Source: an uncultured archaeon (GTDB taxonomy: Archaea > Nanobdellota > Nanobdellia > Pacearchaeales > GW2011-AR1). From it: 64,000 nucleotides of DNA. The stretch covers positions 127,178 to 191,177 of the forward strand of contig CAIPOI010000005.1 in NCBI GenBank assembly GCA_903866625.1. Reading direction: 5' to 3'. A model generated the notes under the pieces. The model worked only from the letters and a program-made list of their open reading frames with translations. It searched no databases and was not told where the DNA came from. Position numbers and translations under genes: made by a program. Positions 18,529 to 25,955 of the stretch are shown piece after piece (position 1 is the stretch's first letter; each line of letters opens with the position of its first letter).

Positions 18529-19641
18529 ATGGCTGATAAAATTGACGTACATCCTCATTCAGTAGAAGAACTTTCAGAATTAGTAGAAGAACTTTCAGGT
18601 ATTAGAGGTAGGCATACTGAACTTGTTTCGGTTCTGGTTCCTGCTGGAGCTAATATTAATGTAGTTATTGATCAATTGGAATCTGAAAAATCTACTGCTA
18701 GAAATATTAAAAGTTCTACAACAAGAAAGAATGTAATTGAGGCTTTAGAAAGAGCTACAAGAACACTTAGAATGTTGGGTCAGCAAACTCCTAAGAATGG
18801 AATTGCAATATATTCTGGAAATGTTTCTCAAATAGAAGGTCAGGAAGATATGAGAATTTGGGCGATTGTTCCTCCAGAAGAACTTACTGTGAGACTATAC
18901 AGATGTGATCAAGTTTTTATTGTAGATCCGTTAAAAGAAATGTTGCAAACAAAAGAAATTTATGGTTTATTTGTTATTGAAAGAAAAGAGGCAACTGTGG
19001 GGTTGCTTGATGGTAAGAAAATAAAAATTTTACAGCATTTAGAATCTGGAGTTCCTGGAAAAGTTAGAGCTGGAGGGCAGAGCGCGGCTAGATACGCAAG
19101 AATTACTGAGGGGGCAGCAAAACAGTTCTATAGAGAATGCGCTGAAGCACTTAAAAACCATTTCTTTGATATGAAAAATCTTAAGGGTATTATTATTGGT
19201 GGACCAATGCCAACTAAAGATGATTTTATAAAAGAAGGGCTTCTCGTAACTGCTTTAAAAAATAAGGTGATAGGTATGATTGATATTGGTTACGCAGATG
19301 AGCATGGTGTGGAAATGCTGGTAGAAGCTAGTAAGGATTTATTAAAAGAGCAAGAAATAACTAAGGAAAAAGAACTTATGGATAAATTCTTTGATATGCT
19401 TGGAAAACAAAAGGAGAAAACAGCTTATGGTTTGGCTAATGTTAAGAAAGCATTGGATCTTGCTGCGGTTGATACTCTATTATTAAGTAAGAAATTAGAT
19501 AAGAAGACTATAAGTGAGTTAAAAAAACTTGCCGAAGAAACTTCGGTGAAAGTAGAATTAGTCTCTGTGGATACGCAAGAGGGAGAGCAATTTTATAATT
19601 TATCTGGAATTGGAGCAGTATTAAGATATAGATTAGAATAA
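18529..19641 (+). CDS. prf1: peptide chain release factor aRF1 (ATG 18529; the ORF track begins at an upstream TTG at 18478)
   Basis: NIKS motif (TARNIKSSTTRKN) and GGQ motif (RAGGQSAARYARI). Confidence 0.9.
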   Translation: MADKIDVHPHSVEELSELVEELSGIRGRHTELVSVLVPAGANINVVIDQLESEKSTARNIKSSTTRKNVIEALERATRTLRMLGQQTPKNGIAIYSGNVSQIEGQEDMRIWAIVPPEELTVRLYRCDQVFIVDPLKEMLQTKEIYGLFVIERKEATVGLLDGKKIKILQHLESGVPGKVRAGGQSAARYARITEGAAKQFYRECAEALKNHFFDMKNLKGIIIGGPMPTKDDFIKEGLLVTALKNKVIGMIDIGYADEHGVEMLVEASKDLLKEQEITKEKELMDKFFDMLGKQKEKTAYGLANVKKALDLAAVDTLLLSKKLDKKTISELKKLAEETSVKVELVSVDTQEGEQFYNLSGIGAVLRYRLE

Positions 19642-19673
19642 TTTCCGATAAAATAAACTAATAAAAAATAAAA

Positions 19674-20300
19674 ATGGTGTTAACATCTGAAAGTCAAAGC
19701 GAATTTGATTTAGCTGAAGAGAAAAAGAATCTTAAAAAGATAGAGGCGGCTTTATTTCTAGCAGCAAGATATTTGAGTATAAAAGAGTTGGTCGAACTTA
19801 CAGATATCAACCCTCTTTTGTTAAAGGAGTTGCTTGAAAAATTAAGACAACTTTATATTGAACGAGATAGTTCTATAGAACTTATTAATCGGGAAGATTT
19901 ATGGAAGATGGATATCAAGCAAGAATATTTTGATATGATTAATCGTCTTGCAACAGGAAGTTCAGAGTTCAGCAAAGCAGAGCAAGAAACTTTAGCAGTT
20001 ATTGCTTACAAACAACCGGCGAAACAGAGTGTCATAGTTAAGATTCGAGGTAATAAAGCTTATGATCATATAAAACATTTTATTGATGTGGGTTTAGTAA
20101 GAGCCAAGAGAGTGGGACATACTCTTGAATTAAATCTTTCAGAAAGTTTTTATGATTATTTTCATGTGGAAAAAAGAAAAAAAGAAGACGATCCTAATAA
20201 TATTGCTGAAGAGGTTGCTAGAGCTGAAGCAGAAGTAGAAAAAGAAGAAAAAGAGGGAGAGATAAATAATCCCGAGGTTAAAGAAGAACCAGTAGGTTAA
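19674..20300 (+). CDS. scpB: segregation and condensation protein B-like (ScpB)
   Basis: IEAALFLAARYLSIKELVELT and SKAEQETLAVIAYKQPAKQSVIVKIRGNKAYDHIKHFIDVGLV are ScpB wHTH repeats. Acidic C-terminal tail. Confidence 0.75.
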   Translation: MVLTSESQSEFDLAEEKKNLKKIEAALFLAARYLSIKELVELTDINPLLLKELLEKLRQLYIERDSSIELINREDLWKMDIKQEYFDMINRLATGSSEFSKAEQETLAVIAYKQPAKQSVIVKIRGNKAYDHIKHFIDVGLVRAKRVGHTLELNLSESFYDYFHVEKRKKEDDPNNIAEEVARAEAEVEKEEKEGEINNPEVKEEPVG

Positions 20301-20301
20301 G

Positions 20302-21531
20302 ATGGAAGGTATAACTATAACTTATATAGTTCTTTTTTTCTTTGGAATTTATTTTCTTATGCTTTTTGTATTACTTTCTTGGAGGAATGTTAAGCAAGTA
20401 TTTTTTTACCCTCAGGCCAAAATATTCCCTCCAATAACTATTATAATTCCTGCTTATAATGAAGAAGAAAGTATTTTGGATACAATTAAAGCAGTTATTA
20501 ACTTAGAATATCCCTCTGAAAAAAAGGACGTAATCATAGTTAATGATGGAAGCACAGATAAGACTCGAGAAGTTATTGAAAAGTTTATAAAAAAGAAAAA
20601 AGGAATTTTCTTGTTAAATAAGGCAAATTCTGGAAAAGCAGATTCTCTTAATGCAGCTATAAAACTTGCTAAAGGAGAGCTTATAGCGGTTGTAGATGCA
20701 GATTCTTATCCAAAAAAAGATGCTTTATTAAAAATGGCTGGGTTTTTTGAACAAGACAAGAATGTCGCAGCAGTAACCTCTAGAGTATTAGTAAAGAATA
20801 GAAACAATCTCATAGAAAAATTTCAAGATTTTGACTATGAGATAATCGCTTGGGACAGAAAAATATTAGATTTTATTAATTGTGTTTATGTTACCAATGG
20901 GCCACTTAGTATTTATAGAAAAGATCTTGTAAAAAAAGTTGGTGGTTTTGATCCAAAAAATCTCACAGAAGATATAGAAATTACTTGGAATCTTTTAAGC
21001 AATAACTATAAAACTCATATGTCTTATTCTGCAGAAGTTTATACTACTGTTCCTGATAATTTCATACAATGGAATAAGCAAAGAGTTAGATGGAATCTCG
21101 GAGGTTTGCAGACAATTTGGAAGTACCGTAAATTTTTTATGAAAGGAGAAACTTTGTTTGGTTATTTTGTTATGAGTTACATTTTTATGTCATTTATTTT
21201 GGCTCTAATCGGTTTTATTATGTTGGCAAGATTTCTAATCATTAAATTAAAGTTTTTTGCTCTATTAATTCCTTTATTTTTTAAAGGGTATTCTCCATCG
21301 TTATCTCTTAATCTTAGTATTTATCTGACGTTAGTATTTATACTGGGGATAATCTTTACTTTCTTGTCTATATTATATTATAAATATCTTATCTATAAAG
21401 GAGATATTAAGAAAAAAAGTATGTTCTCTCTTTTAGTGTATATCTTTATATACAGAACCTTGTATATAATTCCGTTAGTTATATCTTTATATAAACTAAT
21501 TAAAGGAGATATAAGATGGTACACGAAATAA
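20302..21531 (+). CDS. processive family-2 glycosyltransferase (IcaA/PgaC/NodC-like)
   Basis: N-terminal TM helix, then NDGSTD, VDADS (DxD), TEDIE and QRVRW (QxxRW), followed by about 4 C-terminal TM helices. Confidence 0.85.
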   Translation: MEGITITYIVLFFFGIYFLMLFVLLSWRNVKQVFFYPQAKIFPPITIIIPAYNEEESILDTIKAVINLEYPSEKKDVIIVNDGSTDKTREVIEKFIKKKKGIFLLNKANSGKADSLNAAIKLAKGELIAVVDADSYPKKDALLKMAGFFEQDKNVAAVTSRVLVKNRNNLIEKFQDFDYEIIAWDRKILDFINCVYVTNGPLSIYRKDLVKKVGGFDPKNLTEDIEITWNLLSNNYKTHMSYSAEVYTTVPDNFIQWNKQRVRWNLGGLQTIWKYRKFFMKGETLFGYFVMSYIFMSFILALIGFIMLARFLIIKLKFFALLIPLFFKGYSPSLSLNLSIYLTLVFILGIIFTFLSILYYKYLIYKGDIKKKSMFSLLVYIFIYRTLYIIPLVISLYKLIKGDIRWYTK

Positions 21532-22187
21532 TTAGAAGTAAATTAAGCATCTTCTTAGAGGCACTTATTTTAACTTTACTTATCCTAATTATTGGATTTA
21601 TTTTGGGTTACTCTCTAGAGAATCATAGAACTACAAAAATTTTGGAAGATTATAAAGAATTCGAAGTTAGTGCTTTAGATTTAAAATTACAAAATTATTA
21701 TTACCAAATTATGAACTCTGCTTCTTGTGAAGAGGCAATAAAACAAAATTTGGTTTTTGCAGACAAAATTTATAATAATGGTCTTATTCTTCAGAAATAT
21801 GAAGACGCTGGACAACTTTCGCAGAATGCCATTCTAACTGAAAAGAAGAAGCATGTTCTTTTAGAGACTGAATTGTGGTTAAATAGTATACTTTTAAAAG
21901 AAAAATGTGCAAATAGTTTTCATACAGTAGTTTATTTGTATTCTCAAAATCCAGATTCTATAGAAGACTCAACTCAGGCTGCTATTTCTAATATTCTAGA
22001 AGAGGTAAAGAAAGATTTTGGTAATAAAATTATTCTTATTCCAATAGCCGGAGATATTGGTCTTGACTCTGTTGATTTACAAAGAGGCGTTTATAATATT
22101 AGTTCCTTACCTAGTGTTATTATAGACGAAAAAATACTCTTTGAAGGTTTTACAGATAAGTCTAAGATAGAATTTTACTTATATTAA
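21516..22187 (+). CDS. membrane-anchored hypothetical protein (223 aa)
   Basis: Overlaps the GT2 stop by 16 nt. One N-terminal TM helix (LSIFLEALILTLLILIIGFILGY), the rest predicted extracytoplasmic. Confidence 0.5.
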   Translation: MVHEIIRSKLSIFLEALILTLLILIIGFILGYSLENHRTTKILEDYKEFEVSALDLKLQNYYYQIMNSASCEEAIKQNLVFADKIYNNGLILQKYEDAGQLSQNAILTEKKKHVLLETELWLNSILLKEKCANSFHTVVYLYSQNPDSIEDSTQAAISNILEEVKKDFGNKIILIPIAGDIGLDSVDLQRGVYNISSLPSVIIDEKILFEGFTDKSKIEFYLY

Positions 22188-22239
22188 TATTATTTTTTAG
22201 CACACAAATAGTTTTAAATTGAATTTTTCTATAATATTT

Positions 22240-23184
22240 ATGGAAAGTTGTATGCGTTGTGGTAGAACTGAAGAAGAGGTTAGACTTTTTGATGGCATTT
22301 ATGTAGCAGAACCCGTTAAAATATGCGAGAAATGTTCGCTTATGGCTGGCATTCCTATTGTTAAGAGACCTAATTCAGATCAAATAAAAAATTCAGATAA
22401 GCCCGAGGGCGTAAGACAAAGATTAATGAGGTTGAATAAGTTGGCTTTGCCTGAAAAGAAAGTCGTAACTATCTATGAAGAAATAGACAAAATAGAAAAA
22501 AGTCCGCAACTTGAAAGACCCGAGAATATTCGAGTTAAATTGGTTGATAATTTTCATTGGATTATTAAAACTGAGAGAAGGAGAAGAGGGTATAGTGCGA
22601 GGCAAGTTTCAGACATACTTCATGAAAGTGAAGATGCTATTAATCGAATTGAGAAGGGTATTGCTCCAGATAAATCTCTTGAGATAATAAAAAAACTCGA
22701 ACAATTTTTTAATGTTAGACTTACTAAACTTCAGCCCGAGGAAGTAATATTGAAGGAGACAGTTCAGTTAAGAACTCCTGGTTGGGTTAAGAGAATGCAA
22801 AATAAAGATAGCTATGAACAAAAGATGAGAGAAGAAGAGGGAAATGATATGGTTCAACAAGCTATACTTGAAGAAAAAGACCCGATTGTTTTAGATAAGG
22901 AAGAAGTAGAAGGTAGGCCACTTGATGTTCTAAATTTTAGAAAGTCTAGCTCAAATAATCCTACTATTCTTGAATTGAGAAGAGTTCAAAGAATTATTGA
23001 GCAAGATTCTCCAAAGAAAACCGCATTTGAGACGGGTGAAGAACAAATGAAAGGATTTGGCAAAGAAGATACTGAACATATCAAGAAAACTATTTTTAAG
23101 GAAGAAGAAAAGAAAAAAGCAGGCGTTCCTACTATATATGATTTGATGAAAAAGAAGGAAGAGCGAGAAAAAGGGCTGGAGTAA
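22240..23184 (+). CDS. MBF1-like protein (zinc ribbon + cro/C1-type HTH) with a long E/K-rich C-terminal extension
   Basis: CMRCG...CEKC ribbon, then HTH IKTERRRRGYSARQVSDILHESEDAINRIEKGIAPDKSLEIIKKLEQFFNVRL. TATA-like TTTTAAAT (22212-22219) is centred 24.5 nt upstream of ATG 22240; the ORF track starts at a TTG at 22219. Confidence 0.5.
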   Translation: MESCMRCGRTEEEVRLFDGIYVAEPVKICEKCSLMAGIPIVKRPNSDQIKNSDKPEGVRQRLMRLNKLALPEKKVVTIYEEIDKIEKSPQLERPENIRVKLVDNFHWIIKTERRRRGYSARQVSDILHESEDAINRIEKGIAPDKSLEIIKKLEQFFNVRLTKLQPEEVILKETVQLRTPGWVKRMQNKDSYEQKMREEEGNDMVQQAILEEKDPIVLDKEEVEGRPLDVLNFRKSSSNNPTILELRRVQRIIEQDSPKKTAFETGEEQMKGFGKEDTEHIKKTIFKEEEKKKAGVPTIYDLMKKKEEREKGLE

Positions 23185-23216
23185 AGCTTTATAAATCCTG
23201 ATTTTTACAATAGTTT

Positions 23217-23483
23217 ATGGAAGTTAAGATTCTTAAGGATGAAAAGGAAAATCTTTTGATTGAAATGAACAATCAAACAGCTGCAGAGCTTTTGAGAGTT
23301 TATCTTAGTGAAGAAGATTCTGTTGTACTTGCAGCATGGAAGAAATTGAGTATAAATGACCCAATTACTTTTGAGTTAAAGACTAAAGGAAAAGTAGCAA
23401 AAAAAGTTCTTGAAGAAGTTATCGCTAAGATTGAGAAGGAAACTGATAAGATTAGTGAAGAATTTAAAAAATCATTAAAATAA
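23217..23483 (+). CDS. rpoL: DNA-directed RNA polymerase subunit L (Rpb11-like)
   Basis: MEVKILKDEKENLLIEMNNQTAAELLRVYLSEEDSVVLAAWKK...ELKTKG matches the archaeal RpoL pattern MEIKILEK..N.MEIEL.GEDHT..N.LR..L..D..V.FAAY by eye. Confidence 0.65.
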   Translation: MEVKILKDEKENLLIEMNNQTAAELLRVYLSEEDSVVLAAWKKLSINDPITFELKTKGKVAKKVLEEVIAKIEKETDKISEEFKKSLK

Positions 23484-23528
23484 TTCTAGAACCATAATTT
23501 TTATAAACACCTGATTATATTTTGTTTT

Positions 23529-23771
23529 ATGAAAAATGAAAAAAGGGGCAAAGTAGTATTTATAAGAACCGAAGATGAAGGGCTTGCAAAATTTGTTGGC
23601 AGATTTTTTGATTGTCCTTTTCCAGAGCAGAAGTTGGGGGATTTAGATAGAATTGCTAAACAAAGAGGGTTGAAGTATAAGCCTTATATTGTTTGTTTGG
23701 AGGGTTCAAAAAGAGAAAAACAATTTTCAAGTAATCCTGGCTATACTTGTAAGGAATTATATCCTAAGTAA
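23529..23771 (+). CDS. hypothetical protein (80 aa)
   Basis: ORF only. First of a small gene pair 7 nt apart. Confidence 0.4.
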   Translation: MKNEKRGKVVFIRTEDEGLAKFVGRFFDCPFPEQKLGDLDRIAKQRGLKYKPYIVCLEGSKREKQFSSNPGYTCKELYPK

Positions 23772-23778
23772 TTTTTAT

Positions 23779-23949
23779 ATGACCTATAATCAAAAACCTA
23801 GTAGAGAAGAAGTAGAGAGAATTCTTAGAGCTACTGATTGGGCCTCGCATTGGCAAAGAGTTGCAGAAACTTGTGAGCCTCAAATTGATGCTTATAGGAG
23901 AGCTAGTGCTTTATCAAGAGCAAAAGCACGAGAACATGTTTTTATTTAA
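23779..23949 (+). CDS. hypothetical small protein (56 aa from ATG 23779)
   Basis: The ORF-track ORF 23689-23949 overlaps the upstream gene. The in-frame ATG at 23779 removes the overlap. MTYNQKPSREEVERILRATDWASHWQRVAE... Confidence 0.35.
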   Translation: MTYNQKPSREEVERILRATDWASHWQRVAETCEPQIDAYRRASALSRAKAREHVFI

Positions 23950-23997
23950 TATTTTTTAGTATAATAATGCTTATAATCTTATTTTCTATATGGTGTT

Positions 23998-24762
23998 ATG
24001 CCAGAAGAAAATCTTAGCCAAGAAAAAGAAGATTCTCGAAATAAGATATCAGCTGGAAGTTACGACCTTAATAGATTCTTGCTTGGGGGTTATGAAAAAG
24101 ATATTATTACTACTATTTATGGGCCTGCTGGAAGCGGAAAAACTAATTTTTGTGTGTTGGCTGCAGTTAGTCAAGCCAAGAAAGGTAAGAAGGTTATTTT
24201 TATTGATAGCGAAGGCGGATTTAGTGTTGAGAGAATAAAGCAGATTCTTAGTGAAGAAGATAATCTAAATCAAGTCTTAAAAAATATAATTCTTCTTAAA
24301 CCCACTAATTTTAATGAACAAAAAGAATCATTTAATCAACTATTAAAGGAAATAAAAAGTTCTAAGGACATTGGATTAATAATTGTTGATGGTATGACTA
24401 TGCTTTATCGTTTAGAACTTGCAGAAAATAAAGCTAGAGAACATATTTCTAAAACTAATTCAGAATTAGCTTGGCAGATGCGTTGTCTTGCAGAAATATC
24501 CAGAAAGAATAATTTACCTGTTATTGTTACTAATCAAGTATATTTAGAATTTTTGAATGAAGAAGATTTTAAAGCAGGTAAGGAAAGAGAAGTTTTTATG
24601 GTGGGCGGAGATATTTTAAAGTATTGGAGTAAATGTATACTTGAACTTAAAAATGAAAAAGGTAGAAGAGTTCTTATTATTAAGAAGCATAGAAGTATAG
24701 GCGAAAAGAAGCTAGAGTTTGAGATTATAAATAAGGGTATAAGAAAGAAGGGTTGGTTATAG
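23998..24762 (+). CDS. radB: RadB recombinase paralog
   Basis: LLGGYEKDIITTIYGPAGSGKTNFC (Walker A) and GLIIVDGM (Walker B). Short RecA/RadA core with no N-terminal HhH domain. Confidence 0.85.
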   Translation: MPEENLSQEKEDSRNKISAGSYDLNRFLLGGYEKDIITTIYGPAGSGKTNFCVLAAVSQAKKGKKVIFIDSEGGFSVERIKQILSEEDNLNQVLKNIILLKPTNFNEQKESFNQLLKEIKSSKDIGLIIVDGMTMLYRLELAENKAREHISKTNSELAWQMRCLAEISRKNNLPVIVTNQVYLEFLNEEDFKAGKEREVFMVGGDILKYWSKCILELKNEKGRRVLIIKKHRSIGEKKLEFEIINKGIRKKGWL

Positions 24763-24812
24763 TTGTGATTTAGAATAATTATATTTTTAAACCACATTTT
24801 TTTATCTTTTAT

Positions 24813-25310
24813 ATGATAGATTTGAATGAATCTTTGAGAAGAGCGGCTTTGGAGGCCATAGCTAGCTTGGATTTACATAATATTAGTTCTTTTGCGGATA
24901 AGAATGCGGCTACTATGAGGCATTTAATTTCTTTAGGTATTATTAATGATGCTCAGATTGATGAAGCTTTAACTGGTGCTGTAGTTAATCGTGCTAAATC
25001 TGATTATAAATTTTTATTGCATCTTAAGGCTCGTGAAGATAGAGTATATCCTATTTCTCATTGTATACCTGAATATTTGGCTTTTGCTTTTGCAAGAGCA
25101 GATGTTTTTTCTGCTGAAGAAATAGGAAAATTCAGTTTTGATGATATTCATGCTAAAACTGCAGATAATTTCAAAAAGCAATACTTTCAACCTAATCTTC
25201 TTGAAAAATTAAGAATGAATATTACTAATCCTCCTGTTAGAGGTTTTAATGTAGTTAATGGTCATTTTGACATTCGTTGTGCTGATGGCAGACCTTGCGT
25301 TTGTTGTTAA
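24813..25310 (+). CDS. hypothetical protein (165 aa) ending in ...RPCVCC
   Basis: ORF only. A/R/D-richer than neighbours. Confidence 0.45.
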   Translation: MIDLNESLRRAALEAIASLDLHNISSFADKNAATMRHLISLGIINDAQIDEALTGAVVNRAKSDYKFLLHLKAREDRVYPISHCIPEYLAFAFARADVFSAEEIGKFSFDDIHAKTADNFKKQYFQPNLLEKLRMNITNPPVRGFNVVNGHFDIRCADGRPCVCC

Positions 25311-25333
25311 GGTAAATGCATAAGAAAGAGAGG

Positions 25334-25933
25334 CTATAATCTGAAAGTTTTCATTAATGCTATTTCTTGGGGGTTTCCCCAAAGTAGTCTGGTTCTTTCT
25401 ATAGTTTCATTAACATAATGTATTTCATCATTTCCTAATACTTTTGTTCTCTTTAGAAGCATTCTAGATTTCGCAATTTTTTCAGCTAGTTTATATCCAT
25501 CCGTTGAAGTAAAAAAGTTCAAACCATCCCAATCCACTATTGGAAATTTTTCTATTAAGGTTTTATCTCTCTCAATATAATGTTCAATTTCTAAATGAAT
25601 TCTTTTTGGACCGATTAACCCAATATCAATATCTCCTCTTGTTGCCCCAAATATAATTCCGGTATGTGCTGAAGGAATAGTTTTTCTAATTTCTGGAATA
25701 ATTAAAGGAAGTAATCGTTGTTTTTCTTCATCAAATGCGGTTGCTGGCGGTAATGTCTCGTAAAATCTTCTAGCTATTTCCTCTACTCCTGCTAATTGAT
25801 CTGCTGAAGCTTGATATCTCGTTAAAAAATCTATTTCAGCTCTATCGGGTTCACCAGTAACTAAACCAAATGGAAATAACCCTGAAGTAAATTCATAAGC
25901 TTGATCAAACCATTTTCTGTCTTGAATATCCAT
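25334..25933 (-). CDS. hypothetical protein (199 aa)
   Basis: ORF only. The GIIFGATRGDIDIGLIG block is loosely NTase-like, but the spacing does not fit the Pol-beta motif. Confidence 0.45.
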   Translation of the reverse strand: MDIQDRKWFDQAYEFTSGLFPFGLVTGEPDRAEIDFLTRYQASADQLAGVEEIARRFYETLPPATAFDEEKQRLLPLIIPEIRKTIPSAHTGIIFGATRGDIDIGLIGPKRIHLEIEHYIERDKTLIEKFPIVDWDGLNFFTSTDGYKLAEKIAKSRMLLKRTKVLGNDEIHYVNETIERTRLLWGNPQEIALMKTFRL

Positions 25934-25955
25934 AAAAAATTGTTTTAAAGATTAT

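Noticed and set aside
23990-24238. 82-aa ORF offset from the radB frame.
   Set aside because: It overlaps the RadB N-terminus, which includes the Walker A motif, in another frame. RadB is the real gene.
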